42,898 bases of DNA, from NCBI GenBank assembly GCA_030630935.1, contig DAOVMD010000001.1, positions 1 to 42,898 on the forward strand, given 5' to 3'. The translations under genes and the position numbers were made by a program. The notes beneath the pieces were generated by a model. That model made no database searches, was not told where the DNA came from, and saw only the letters and a list, made by a program, of their open reading frames with translations. This DNA is from Candidatus Mcinerneyibacteriota bacterium (GTDB taxonomy: Bacteria; AUK180; JAQVHJ01). Below are positions 25,219 through 34,892 of this stretch, piece after piece. Positions within the stretch are counted from its first letter, which is position 1, and each line of letters opens with the position of its first letter.

Positions 25219-26091
25219 CTACCTCATTATTTTTTTAATAACCCACTTAACAATATATGGAATTAAATTTAAATAAGCAAGAATTAACGGAATGTAGTTA
25301 CTTCTCGGACAATTAATAAACCACCATTTGATCTCAAACTTTAATGCTTTGAATAAGATATGAGTTATAGTAAAATTTTTCCAAACAAACCTTAAGCGAT
25401 TACGATGATATGTATTTAGATATCTAAAACTATTAGAGCCCAGAGTGGTTGCTTCATGATGATAAATCACACAATCTGGTTTATAAATAACTTTCTGGCC
25501 TGATAATCTTGACCTGTAACAAAGATCTGTTTCTTCGTAGTAGCCCGGGAAAAAATCTCTATCGAAGTATCCTAACGTTTCAATAACTCTTCGCTTTATC
25601 GCAAAGGCCGCGCCGGTAACGTAATCTACTTCTTTCGTTTTATTGTATTGCCCTCTATCTATTTCTTTATACCCGATATGATTTGTTAGTCCATTCGGGT
25701 GAATTATTCCGCCGGTGTGCTGAAGAGTTTTTGTTCCTGGGAAATAAATCTTGCAGCCAATTATTCCTACTTCCTCACTAAAGCCACTGTTGATATTTTT
25801 AATAAGATTTTTATCAACTATAATATCCTGGTTTAATATTAATACGATGCTCGCTGATGTTCTTTTTATTCCAAAATTCATTCCACCAGAGAATCCAAGA
25901 TTCTTTTTTAGTTTAATTGTGTTAAATTCCGGAAAATCTTGCTTGATTAATCTATAAGTCGAGTCCTTGCTGTTGTTATCAATTAAAAGAACTTCCTCAT
26001 CACCTGTTAAGGCGTCCCTCAGAGAAGATAAACAATCTTGATAAAATCTCTCTCCATTATAAAACAGAATTATTATTGAAATCTTTTTCAT
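25219..26091 (-). CDS. GT2-family glycosyltransferase (WbbL/rhamnosyltransferase-like)
   Basis: 290 aa. ISIIILFYNGERF, LIDNNSKDST, NLGFSGGMNFGI, ILNQDIIV, GAAFAIKR. Confidence 0.8.
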   Translation of the reverse strand: MKKISIIILFYNGERFYQDCLSSLRDALTGDEEVLLIDNNSKDSTYRLIKQDFPEFNTIKLKKNLGFSGGMNFGIKRTSASIVLILNQDIIVDKNLIKNINSGFSEEVGIIGCKIYFPGTKTLQHTGGIIHPNGLTNHIGYKEIDRGQYNKTKEVDYVTGAAFAIKRRVIETLGYFDRDFFPGYYEETDLCYRSRLSGQKVIYKPDCVIYHHEATTLGSNSFRYLNTYHRNRLRFVWKNFTITHILFKALKFEIKWWFINCPRSNYIPLILAYLNLIPYIVKWVIKKIMR

Positions 26092-27028
26092 ATTTATCTA
26101 AACTATAATCCTTAATTATCTTTTCCATACTGATTTTATGTTTAATCCTCTTACGTTTCAGCGCGATCTCATTCAACATCTCAAAAGCAAGATTTAGACC
26201 TATTAAAATGTTTTTATCTTTTAATACTCGACCTTTTTCGTAAAGATAAGTCAGGTATATAAAATGTTTCTTAATCAGCTTATCAGAATCCAGGTGAGAC
26301 CATGTACATAATAATCGATTCCTTAAATTCACAATGAATCGGCGGGTAAATTTATAATATTTTTTTACTGTCTTGGACTTTTTATGCATTACTTTTACAC
26401 TCGGGTCATATATAATTTTCCAGCCGAGTTTTAACGCTTTTAAAGAAAGATCAACGTCTTCCCAAAAATAAGGAGAGAACATTTCATCAAACATTCCTAA
26501 CTTCAATATTTTTTGGCGATCATAAACTGCACATGCTGCAACAGCATGCGGAATAAAAGTTGGTTCTTTAATTTTAAATTCTAATCCCTTTTCGTTAGGC
26601 ATTTTGATACTGAGGTCTCCATTAGAAAAACTTATTACAGTAAACCCTTCTTCCTCACATTTTTCCCCCGGCAATTTTATTGACGGAACAACAGCAAATA
26701 TTTGTTTGTTAAAGTGCTGAAGCAAATTATTAATGAATGCTTCCTTTATAACAACATCATTGTTTATTAATAAAACATAGTCACCGGAAGCTGTCTCAAT
26801 TCCAATATTACATGCTTTCGAAAAACCTGAATTTATTTTTAATTTTAAAACTCGTATTTCATTTTTAAAATTTTCCTTCAAATATTTGACACTATCATCA
26901 GTTGATGAATCATCCACAATGATAACCTCGTAGCTTTCTACACTCTGAAGTTCTGATAATAAAAGAGGCAACGTTTTTTCAAAGAGTTTTTTACCATTAA
27001 AATTGGGAATAATTACTGAAAGTTGCAT
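26057..27028 (-). CDS. GT2-family glycosyltransferase
   Basis: 323 aa. LSVIIPNFNG, IVDDSSTDDS, NSGFSKACNIGI, LINNDVV, FWEDVDLSLK. Confidence 0.8.
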   Translation of the reverse strand: MQLSVIIPNFNGKKLFEKTLPLLLSELQSVESYEVIIVDDSSTDDSVKYLKENFKNEIRVLKLKINSGFSKACNIGIETASGDYVLLINNDVVIKEAFINNLLQHFNKQIFAVVPSIKLPGEKCEEEGFTVISFSNGDLSIKMPNEKGLEFKIKEPTFIPHAVAACAVYDRQKILKLGMFDEMFSPYFWEDVDLSLKALKLGWKIIYDPSVKVMHKKSKTVKKYYKFTRRFIVNLRNRLLCTWSHLDSDKLIKKHFIYLTYLYEKGRVLKDKNILIGLNLAFEMLNEIALKRKRIKHKISMEKIIKDYSLDKYEKDFNNNSVL

Positions 27029-27357
27029 TATTTGTCCTTTAAAAATTTCTTAAATTTTTGATATAATTTATAAGACTTGGTCTTCGATATCTTTTCAAGA
27101 CGATTCTTATATAAGAGCATGTGGTGTTCTAATTTTTTATTTTCTTTCTTTTGTAACTTTAGTTCTTTCACTAAATCATCAAGGTCATTTTCAAGCATTG
27201 AAAATATATCTAAATATTGATTAAACAGCTCCTTATCTTCAAAAATATTAATTTTAAAACTCTCTTGGAATTCAAACAATCCCTTTTTGTTCTCTTCTAT
27301 AAAAAAAAATATTTCCTTTTTCTGTAATTCTTTGATCTTTTCTCTTATATTTTTCAT
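27028..27357 (-). CDS. Small coiled-coil protein, translationally coupled between wzt and the first GT2 gene
   Basis: 109 aa, rich in Lys, Glu and Leu with heptad-like stretches (DLDDLVKELKLQKKENKKLEHHMLLYKNRLEKISK). It has a 4-nt overlap with wzt upstream and a 1-nt overlap with the GT2 gene downstream. No TM segment and no recognisable catalytic motif. Confidence 0.55.
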   Translation of the reverse strand: MKNIREKIKELQKKEIFFFIEENKKGLFEFQESFKINIFEDKELFNQYLDIFSMLENDLDDLVKELKLQKKENKKLEHHMLLYKNRLEKISKTKSYKLYQKFKKFLKDK

Positions 27358-28967
27358 ATATGAATTTCAAATTTATTTTTAAGAAGGGTTTTTATTTTAT
27401 TTTCAAGGGAATTTAATTTTGTTAATTTTCTCTTCTCAATATTTGTTATTAGTTCTTCCTGCTTTATACCTGAAATACTTAAGAAAAGTTTCTCAAATAT
27501 AGTCTCCTGATTCAGGTTATTCTCTTCTATTTTAAAAGGAATTTCATTATGTGAAAAGATTATAACCTTTTGATACATTCCTTTTGAAGAAAGAGATGTT
27601 GAATAACCCGCTTTGTTGATAACGGAATTAAGCTTCCGAAACAAAATGGACCTTTCAAAAATATCATATGTAACATTAATAATAATTGAGTATAATAACC
27701 ATTCATAAATTGAAAGAATATAAAATTCTCTGTAATTAATATTATTTTTCTTCAAGAAGTTTATTATGTTGGAATCATCGTTAAACTCAAGTTCTGATTT
27801 TGATTTAATAATTTTATCTTGAATGGAATAGTTTTCTTCACAAAACTTATACGAAAAAAGTTCTGCTTCAACTCTTTTTTTACTTGGAGTTAGGTAACTT
27901 AAAATTCCTAAAGTTTTTGGTGTTTCAAAAAATTGCATAAGAAAAGATTTTGTTTTTTCAATTTCCAAAAATGGAATAATATTAAAACCTATTGATATAT
28001 CAAAATAGTTTAAAAAAGGAAGGGCCTCCGGAGTAAATTTTAAATCCATTGTCTTCATTCCTGGATTCATTATAAAATGTTCATATTTTTTTAAGAAAAA
28101 TTCTGGACTATATGAATCTAAACTTAAATATAATAATTTTGGATTGGATAACCCTAAAAATTCAATCATTCTATACAGCATATCCATCTTGGTAAAAACT
28201 TCAAAATGAAATTCTTCTTTGAAAGTTGGTTTAACCTCTTCAATTTTTTCTTCTTTCTCTTCAATTTTTTCTTCACTTTTATCTTCTTTCAAAGCAATGG
28301 GAGATAATTTCCCCTCTGCCATATTGTAAACCTTATTAGATAAGCGGGTTAATAACCCCAGATTATGAGAAACAATTATTATCGTTTTGCCTTCTTCCTG
28401 GAAATCTCTTAACCTTTGAAGACACTTAGCCTGGAAACCAACATCACCAACTGCTAATATTTCATCAATGAGCAGAATATCAAAATCCGCGTGAATCGCA
28501 ATTGAGAAACCAAGCCTGAGATACATCCCCGAGGAGAAGGTTTTAACTTTCGTATCGATAAAACCTCCAATGTCCGCAAACTTAACTATTGAATCGTATT
28601 TCTTCTCTATCTCATCTTTTTTAAAGCCAAGAAGCAGGGCATTAAGGTAAATGTTTTCTCTACCGGTAAGTTCCGGATGAAAGCCTGCGCCTAATTCGAG
28701 TATTGAAGAGACCTTACCTTGAATGTCAACTATTCCAGAAGTTGGGTATAGTGTTCCACTTAATATTTTTAATAATGTTGTCTTCCCAGAACCATTAGGA
28801 CCGGTAATCCCGATGGTTTTTCCTTTCTCAATATTCATGTTTATCCCTTTTAATGCAGAAAACCTGGTCTTTTTGCCACCGGAAAAGATAAGGCCAATCA
28901 GGCTGGCTGTCTCGTGATAAATATCAAATTCTTTAACTAGGTTTTTTATTTCTACTGCGTTTTCCAT
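27354..28967 (-). CDS. wzt: Polysaccharide ABC exporter ATP-binding protein (Wzt/TagH-like) with a non-canonical C-terminal extension of about 300 aa
   Basis: 537 aa. Walker A GPNGSGKTT, signature FSSGMYLRLGFS, Walker B ILLIDEILAVGD, H-loop IIIVSHN, all within the first 230 aa or so. An EEKIEEKEEKIEE linker follows, then about 290 aa that I cannot place in a family. Confidence 0.8.
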   Translation of the reverse strand: MENAVEIKNLVKEFDIYHETASLIGLIFSGGKKTRFSALKGINMNIEKGKTIGITGPNGSGKTTLLKILSGTLYPTSGIVDIQGKVSSILELGAGFHPELTGRENIYLNALLLGFKKDEIEKKYDSIVKFADIGGFIDTKVKTFSSGMYLRLGFSIAIHADFDILLIDEILAVGDVGFQAKCLQRLRDFQEEGKTIIIVSHNLGLLTRLSNKVYNMAEGKLSPIALKEDKSEEKIEEKEEKIEEVKPTFKEEFHFEVFTKMDMLYRMIEFLGLSNPKLLYLSLDSYSPEFFLKKYEHFIMNPGMKTMDLKFTPEALPFLNYFDISIGFNIIPFLEIEKTKSFLMQFFETPKTLGILSYLTPSKKRVEAELFSYKFCEENYSIQDKIIKSKSELEFNDDSNIINFLKKNNINYREFYILSIYEWLLYSIIINVTYDIFERSILFRKLNSVINKAGYSTSLSSKGMYQKVIIFSHNEIPFKIEENNLNQETIFEKLFLSISGIKQEELITNIEKRKLTKLNSLENKIKTLLKNKFEIHI

Positions 28968-28969
28968 AA

Positions 28970-29779
28970 CTATATTAAATCCATTATTTTTTTCTTCATT
29001 GAATTATGAATAATCTGAGCAAAGATAAAGATTCCAATTGAAAATACAAAGGAATATATCTCTGCGTACGAAGGTATAATTCTACCATAGAATACGAGGT
29101 CCTGTAAATATGTAATGATTCCAAAAAGCGGGTTAAGTTTCAATAGATAAAACAACATCGGCATTTTTGAATGCATCGCCCCATAGACCAGTTTTACAGG
29201 ATATATTATAGGTGTAATATAAAACAAAGCAAGTAATGCAACTTCCACAATATATTTAATATCTCTAAACCTGACATTTAAACTTGAAAAAAGTAATGAT
29301 ATCCCTGTTGTTTGAATAAAGAAGATAAAATACACAATTGGAACCATTAATATCGTCCACCTTATCTGAACCCCTAAAATCAAATAAATCACTAACAAAA
29401 CGATAAAGTCTATCATCAACAGGTAAAAATTTGATAAAGAGATCGAGATTGGTAAAATCTGTATAGGGAGTTTAACTTTCTTCAAAACATTGGCCTGGTC
29501 CACAAAAGCATTTGTTGAAGTCGCTAATGTTCCTGAAAAATAAATCCAGGGGAACAATCCGGTTAACAGGTAAGCTGTATATGATATCCCCTCAACCGAA
29601 AATTTTGCAAAGAAATAAGAAAAGATTATCTTAAAAATTATAGCCATGATCACAGGGACAAGAATTGACCATAGAAAACCTAAGACTGTACTCTTATACT
29701 TTATCTTCAGTTCTTTAACCGCGAGATTAAAGAGTAGTGACCTGTAACTTGTGATAACCTGGAAAAAATCTTTAAACAT
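28970..29779 (-). CDS. wzm: Polysaccharide ABC-2 type exporter permease (Wzm/TagG-like)
   Basis: 269 aa. N-terminal YRSLLFNLAVKELKIKYKSTVLGFLWSILVP is the classic ABC-2 permease opening. About 6 hydrophobic segments. Located directly upstream of wzt. Confidence 0.8.
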   Translation of the reverse strand: MFKDFFQVITSYRSLLFNLAVKELKIKYKSTVLGFLWSILVPVIMAIIFKIIFSYFFAKFSVEGISYTAYLLTGLFPWIYFSGTLATSTNAFVDQANVLKKVKLPIQILPISISLSNFYLLMIDFIVLLVIYLILGVQIRWTILMVPIVYFIFFIQTTGISLLFSSLNVRFRDIKYIVEVALLALFYITPIIYPVKLVYGAMHSKMPMLFYLLKLNPLFGIITYLQDLVFYGRIIPSYAEIYSFVFSIGIFIFAQIIHNSMKKKIMDLI

Positions 29780-29850
29780 AAAAATCCTTATATCTTAATG
29801 CTAATTATATCATAAAAGAGAAAATTTATCAAGGTTAGACATTGCTTAAG

Positions 29851-30186
29851 CTATTTTTTATTTTTTACTAAATCCGCAGTCCATGAGATTAAATATATCA
29901 ATACTAAATAAAACATTATGGTAATTATAAAACCAAATAAGTTTTTTGGTGCAGCTCCGATTCCAAATTCGAAAAAGTATAATTTAAACCAAGCCCCAAG
30001 AATAATAGCAGGAAAAGAAAAGAAAAACATGATAATAATAAAACAAAAATCGTTTATAAACGACATGGTTCCGAGCTGTTTTTCAATAAGAATATCCAAT
30101 ACTGCGAAAGAGGGTAGACCAAAAATGAAAAGAAGCAATATGATAAATAATTTCTTTCTATTATTTGTAAATTTAAATAGTTTCAT
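29851..30186 (-). CDS. Small integral membrane protein (about 3 TM segments), function unknown
   Basis: 111 aa. Hydrophobic segments at about residues 12-34, 41-67 and 83-102. Same strand and operon position between the radical SAM gene and wzm. The antisense ORF 29918-30235 is the alternative reading and looks less protein-like. Confidence 0.5.
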   Translation of the reverse strand: MKLFKFTNNRKKLFIILLLFIFGLPSFAVLDILIEKQLGTMSFINDFCFIIIMFFFSFPAIILGAWFKLYFFEFGIGAAPKNLFGFIITIMFYLVLIYLISWTADLVKNKK

Positions 30187-30240
30187 AAAAAGTTATTTGA
30201 TATTTAATTTTCTCAACTATTATTTTCTTGCTTAGATTTT

Positions 30241-31791
30241 TCATTTCACATTAACATACCCGATTTTTCTAAATAATTCAGAAATGTTCTCTTTAACTAT
30301 TTCTTTCTTATAATATAAATCCGGGAAAAGAATATTCTTAAGCTCAACTCCAGTAAATATTTTTTCAGGAAGTTTTTTCGAATTATTCCAGCTCGTAACC
30401 GGATAGATCCTATTTTTATCCAGGAAAAATTTTAAGTTTGGAAAGGAACCTTTAATCTTTAAAATATTATTACCAGTCTTTAATCTTAAAGGAATCTGCG
30501 AATAAGCAAACTTTTTCAACTCATTAATTCCTGAAGCATCATAAAGAACCAATAAAAAAAAGATATCTATACTCTCAGAATTTCCCTTCTTATAATTAAT
30601 AAAGATTGAATCATCAGATATTTTAATATCATAAAACTTAGAAAGTTTCTCATCAAGTCCTTTCGGTTGAAACATTGACCTTTGTTTTATTTCCTGATTT
30701 AAATAATCCATCCCTTTAAATTCATTAAATTGATGATCAATCAGGTTACAGTTTTTACATTGCCAGGGAACTTCGCCTGTTTTAAATAGTTTTCTAAGTC
30801 TATTATAGGTTTCTCCATTCCAAATATTCTCTAATGAATCTAATGCAAGGTTCCCCATCCTGATAGGCACAGGATGACAACAAGAGAGAATATCTCCTTT
30901 AATATCGATCCATGTTTTATACCATAAATACGGACAACTTCTAAACTTTGGTTTGGTTGGTTCGATTTTATCGGTCTCCCGAACTTTTGTTCCGGAAGCA
31001 ACTTCATTTTTCGCCACTGACACTGCTTCATCAATAACAAATAGCCCGGGTAATAAAACCTTTAAATGCATTTTAGTCGAAAGCTGCTTAACTTTATTAT
31101 GCCACTCATTATATTCTTCTTTATGTTTGAACATTGATTCATAATTTAGGTCATCATTAAATATCACAAGGTGCGACGCTTCAAAGTATTGTATTCCCTT
31201 TGAACCCAAATCTTTTAAAATTTCTAAAAACTCAGTATAATTTGAATGCATTATAACAAAGTCAATTACTATCTTTAATTTACTTCTCTTCTCTTTGGTT
31301 TTCTTAATTAATTTCAAAATATTTTCATATATCTTTTTAAATTCTGCTCCTGCTCTGATACTGTTATATATGTTTTCGGAAAAGCCATCGAGAGATATAT
31401 GAATCTCTGAAAAATGTTCTGAAATAAACTCGACATTATTATCTGTTAATGTTGTCCCATTTGTATATGACGAAATCCTTGTTTTTGAATCTGAAAAAAC
31501 TTCCTTTAACCTGTTCCAGCCTGAATATAAAAAGGGTTCACCGGAAACAGATAACTCTAATTGTTCAATTTTGTTAATTATTGGAATTAATTTCTCTTCA
31601 AAATAATCATTGTCAAACTCTACAAAATCAATCTTTTTCCCAAACCGGTAACAGATTTTGCATTCCAGGTTACAGCGGTTTGTGTTTTCCCAAACCACAA
31701 CTCTTGGTAACCGTGTAGATTTAGGGATAAGGTATTTTCTTCTTAGCTTCTCGTTTACTCTACGATAAATATGTTTTATTAATCTAAACAC
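30241..31791 (-). CDS. Radical SAM enzyme with a SPASM/twitch-like auxiliary Cys cluster and an extra C-terminal domain of about 170 aa
   Basis: 516 aa. CX3CX2C motif NRCNLECKICY, SAM-binding-like VSGEPFL, and a downstream Cys cluster RSCPYLWYKTWIDIKGDILSCCHP...WQCKNCN. The region after residue 350 or so is not recognised. Confidence 0.8.
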   Translation of the reverse strand: MFRLIKHIYRRVNEKLRRKYLIPKSTRLPRVVVWENTNRCNLECKICYRFGKKIDFVEFDNDYFEEKLIPIINKIEQLELSVSGEPFLYSGWNRLKEVFSDSKTRISSYTNGTTLTDNNVEFISEHFSEIHISLDGFSENIYNSIRAGAEFKKIYENILKLIKKTKEKRSKLKIVIDFVIMHSNYTEFLEILKDLGSKGIQYFEASHLVIFNDDLNYESMFKHKEEYNEWHNKVKQLSTKMHLKVLLPGLFVIDEAVSVAKNEVASGTKVRETDKIEPTKPKFRSCPYLWYKTWIDIKGDILSCCHPVPIRMGNLALDSLENIWNGETYNRLRKLFKTGEVPWQCKNCNLIDHQFNEFKGMDYLNQEIKQRSMFQPKGLDEKLSKFYDIKISDDSIFINYKKGNSESIDIFFLLVLYDASGINELKKFAYSQIPLRLKTGNNILKIKGSFPNLKFFLDKNRIYPVTSWNNSKKLPEKIFTGVELKNILFPDLYYKKEIVKENISELFRKIGYVNVK

Positions 31792-31812
31792 AGAGGTTGT
31801 CCTGGATTGAAA

Positions 31813-32520
31813 TTAAATTTTTAATTTTTCAAGGTATGAAAGAAGCCCGTCCCTTTTTAATTTCCTTTTAAAATATTCCACATCAATAAAGTTTTGGTAG
31901 GATTTGAATAAACGGTGAGCCCAATCATATTCTTCGGGATATTCCTTTTTATCAAAAATATTAATCCTGTCAACTATTAAATCTTCAATTCCAATTAATA
32001 AAACTTCCTTGTCGCCATATATCATTTTATTTAAGTATTTTTTATCCCCATTAAAATGACCTGAATGCGGCTCAACTGCAATTTTTTTATCAAGTGAATA
32101 ATAATACTTTCCTCTCTTATAAAACTTTTTCTTCCGTAGGAATTTAATTAATTTATCTAAGACATCCTCTTCCAGATAAAAATCAATGGCACCGGTTGGA
32201 TATTGTGCTCCTGAATAATATTCCAGTGCACTTCCTCCAACAATAATTGGTGGATTTTCAGTATAAATTTTAAATAAATAAGACGAAAAATAAAAACGCT
32301 TCTGAAAGATATCTTTATATGTTAATAATTGCTGAAACTCTTCTTCGTCTCTATCAAAACACTCTGTATTTAAGTGATGTATATAGTTTGAGAAAAATAT
32401 TTTCCCCGTCTTTAATTCTAAATACGGAAAAGCATTCTCGTCACGAAGGCTATTAAAATTTCCTTCTTTGGTTTCAAAATTCTTTTCCAGTTCATCAATA
32501 TTCAAAAACCTCATATCCAC
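31813..32520 (-). CDS. Hypothetical protein; possible minimal nucleotidyltransferase (Pol-beta superfamily) fold
   Basis: 235 aa. IVGGSALEYYSGAQYPTGAIDFYLEED fits the hG[GS]-x(9-13)-D-h-D/E-h NTase pattern. The later LIGIEDLIVDRINIFDKKEYPEEYDW resembles the C-terminal helix region of small NTase/DUF6036-type proteins. The start lies 3 nt after the mutS2 stop. Confidence 0.5.
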   Translation of the reverse strand: MDMRFLNIDELEKNFETKEGNFNSLRDENAFPYLELKTGKIFFSNYIHHLNTECFDRDEEEFQQLLTYKDIFQKRFYFSSYLFKIYTENPPIIVGGSALEYYSGAQYPTGAIDFYLEEDVLDKLIKFLRKKKFYKRGKYYYSLDKKIAVEPHSGHFNGDKKYLNKMIYGDKEVLLIGIEDLIVDRINIFDKKEYPEEYDWAHRLFKSYQNFIDVEYFKRKLKRDGLLSYLEKLKI

Positions 32521-32523
32521 CTC

Positions 32524-34890
32524 TTATTTATCGAGAATAACAACAGTGGTTCCAGGACCACCCGAGCTATATACTGCGTCACGATAGCTTTTAACCAGGG
32601 AGTTCTCACTTAAGAATTCACGCACACCTCTTTTTAACCGCCCGGAACCGATGCCATGGGTAATATATACTTCTCGAATATTATTTAAAAATGCGTCATT
32701 AATAAAGATGTCAACTTCTGAAACTGCGTCTTCAACGATTAACCCGAAAATTTCAAGTTTTAAACTTTTAAATTCCCTTTTATTTGAAACCTTAATTTCT
32801 GTTGTAGATTCTTCAGGCAAAGTTGCTCTCAACTCAATAATATTTTTAAACCTCTCTTGAATATTAATATTACCAATTTGACACTTGAGAATCTCCTTCT
32901 CAAAATTTAATTCTACAATCTTAGCCCAATCACTAAACCCTTGAATCTTTACCCAAAGCCCTTCTTTTAAATCATTAATTTTAAAACTGGATTTTTTTAT
33001 ACTTTCCGACTCAAAAGTTCTTTTCTCCTGATTTATTGCTTTACTATGCGTTTCAATTGTTTTCTTGGCTTCTTTAATAACTTCTTTGGATGCATTCTTT
33101 TCTTTCACCTGCTTAACAATCTTTTCAAAATCTTTTCTGAATTGATTAAGTAATTTTTCGGATTTTTTTATTGTATCCTCGTAAATTTCTCTTTCTTTAG
33201 ATAATAACTCTTCCAATCTCTTTTCGTATTTATCTTTGACTTCAAACGCTTTAACTTTCTCTAATTTTGTTAAACGCCGGTCTTCTTCTATTAAAATACT
33301 TGAGTTCTGGATATCTCGAAGAAGCTTATCTAACTTTAAAGATGAATCAGAAAGAAATCCTTTTGCTGAGTTAAGGACTTCAGTCGGTAATCTCAAACGC
33401 TCGGCAATTGATAATGCATAACTTGAACCGGGAATACCAAGAATTATCCGGAAAGTAGGTTTCAGTGTCCTTAAGTCAAACTCCATTGATGCATTCATGC
33501 AATTATCTGAATTGTGAGCGAAAATTTTTATTGAGTTCAAGTGAGTTGTTGTGAAAACGGTTGTTTTTTTCTTCTCCAAAAACGTCAGAATCCCGCAACC
33601 GAGCGCACCACCTTCTGAAGGGTCAGTACCAGCTCCTAATTCATCTAATAAAACAAGTGAATCTTTTGTACATTTATTAAGCGTGTTTTTAATAACTTCA
33701 AGATGTCCTGAAAATGTTGAAAGGCTCTGCTCAATACTCTGCTCATCACCAATGTCTGCAAATATTTTCTTAAATATTGGGAGCTGGGTTCCTATCTCAG
33801 CCGGAACAAACATCCCAGCCTGAAAAAGAATTTGAATTAAACCTATCAACTTCAAAGTGATTGTCTTACCACCTGTATTAGGACCGGTTATTACTAAAAT
33901 CCTGGTATTCTCGGTGTTCTTAATCGAAACTGGAATTACTGTTTTCTCAGGCTGCTCAATTAATAAAGGATGACGACCATCTATAATCTTTAAAATATTG
34001 TTGCTTAATCTTGGTCTATTTAATTTCCTCTTTAAAGAATATCTGCCCTTTGCAAGTAAAAAATCAAAGTAAGTTAAGGTTTTATAATTTTTTCTAATAT
34101 CATTAATATGTTCCCGGATTTTATCTGATAATAAAATTAAAATTTTCTTAACCTCTTCCTTCTCATTATTTTTTAGTTCAACTATCCTGTTATCAAGCTC
34201 AACTATTTTCTCCGGTTCAATATAAACAGTTTGCTTTGATGAAGAAAAGCCATGGATGATTCCCTTAATCTTGTTCTTGTACTCAACTCGAAGAGGAATT
34301 ACAAAACGGTTATCTTTAATTGTAAAATAATTATCCATTAACATTTTTTGTAAATCATCGTCTGCTACAATCTTCTCAATCTCACGTTTGACTTTTCTTT
34401 GAATCTCGTTTAATGTCTTCCTAATCTTTGAGAGTTCCGGGGATGCAGAATCCTTAACCATTACATTCTTTATATCTATTACCCTCTCAATTTTACTCTC
34501 GAGATCTTTAAGATTCACAATCTTTAGATAATATTCTTTAATGTTGGGAAGATCGTTTATAACTTTCGAAATCCTTTTCTTAATACTCCTGGAAAGCTGT
34601 AGATTAAAATAAATACTCAATACTTCTTCAGGCTTTAAAAAACTATTTTCAGGAACTATCTTTTTTAAAATATCCTCATTGTCCTTAAGACCTGATAAAG
34701 AGAGATCGGGTATATGATTTATTAAAGTTATTATTTCATCCAGTTCATCTAATAAAAGTAATATCCGTTCCTGGTCGGTAAACCAGCGTAGATTTTGACA
34801 ATAATTCTCTCCGCCAGGTGTTTCGGCATAATTAGATAATATATTCTTCACTTCTTTAAAATCAAGAAGTTCCTCAATAGTTCTTAACAA
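32524..34890 (-). CDS. mutS2: Endonuclease MutS2 (MutS-family ATPase with C-terminal Smr domain)
   Basis: 788 aa. Walker A ITGPNTGGKT, LLDELGAGTDPSEG, long coiled-coil region, and a C-terminal Smr domain ending YITHGIGSGRLKRGVREFL. Confidence 0.9.
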   Translation of the reverse strand: MLRTIEELLDFKEVKNILSNYAETPGGENYCQNLRWFTDQERILLLLDELDEIITLINHIPDLSLSGLKDNEDILKKIVPENSFLKPEEVLSIYFNLQLSRSIKKRISKVINDLPNIKEYYLKIVNLKDLESKIERVIDIKNVMVKDSASPELSKIRKTLNEIQRKVKREIEKIVADDDLQKMLMDNYFTIKDNRFVIPLRVEYKNKIKGIIHGFSSSKQTVYIEPEKIVELDNRIVELKNNEKEEVKKILILLSDKIREHINDIRKNYKTLTYFDFLLAKGRYSLKRKLNRPRLSNNILKIIDGRHPLLIEQPEKTVIPVSIKNTENTRILVITGPNTGGKTITLKLIGLIQILFQAGMFVPAEIGTQLPIFKKIFADIGDEQSIEQSLSTFSGHLEVIKNTLNKCTKDSLVLLDELGAGTDPSEGGALGCGILTFLEKKKTTVFTTTHLNSIKIFAHNSDNCMNASMEFDLRTLKPTFRIILGIPGSSYALSIAERLRLPTEVLNSAKGFLSDSSLKLDKLLRDIQNSSILIEEDRRLTKLEKVKAFEVKDKYEKRLEELLSKEREIYEDTIKKSEKLLNQFRKDFEKIVKQVKEKNASKEVIKEAKKTIETHSKAINQEKRTFESESIKKSSFKINDLKEGLWVKIQGFSDWAKIVELNFEKEILKCQIGNINIQERFKNIIELRATLPEESTTEIKVSNKREFKSLKLEIFGLIVEDAVSEVDIFINDAFLNNIREVYITHGIGSGRLKRGVREFLSENSLVKSYRDAVYSSGGPGTTVVILDK

Positions 34891-34892
34891 AA

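Noticed and set aside
29851-30186. Assignment of the 111-aa membrane protein as a GtrA or ArnE/F-type flippase
   Set aside because: Its size fits, but I count only about three hydrophobic segments and see no family motif. It is left as an unknown membrane protein.
21065-33823. Short ORFs 21065-21262 (-, out of frame), 25751-25957 (+), 28723-28917 (+), 29918-30235 (+), 30840-31040 (-, out of frame), 30953-31144 (+), 32651-32860 (+), 33236-33421 (+) and 33551-33823 (+)
   Set aside because: They are shadow frames inside the SGNH, GT2, wzt, small-membrane-protein, radical SAM and mutS2 genes. 29918-30235 is the least clear case, but the minus-strand 111-aa product has regular TM-like segments and fits the operon orientation.
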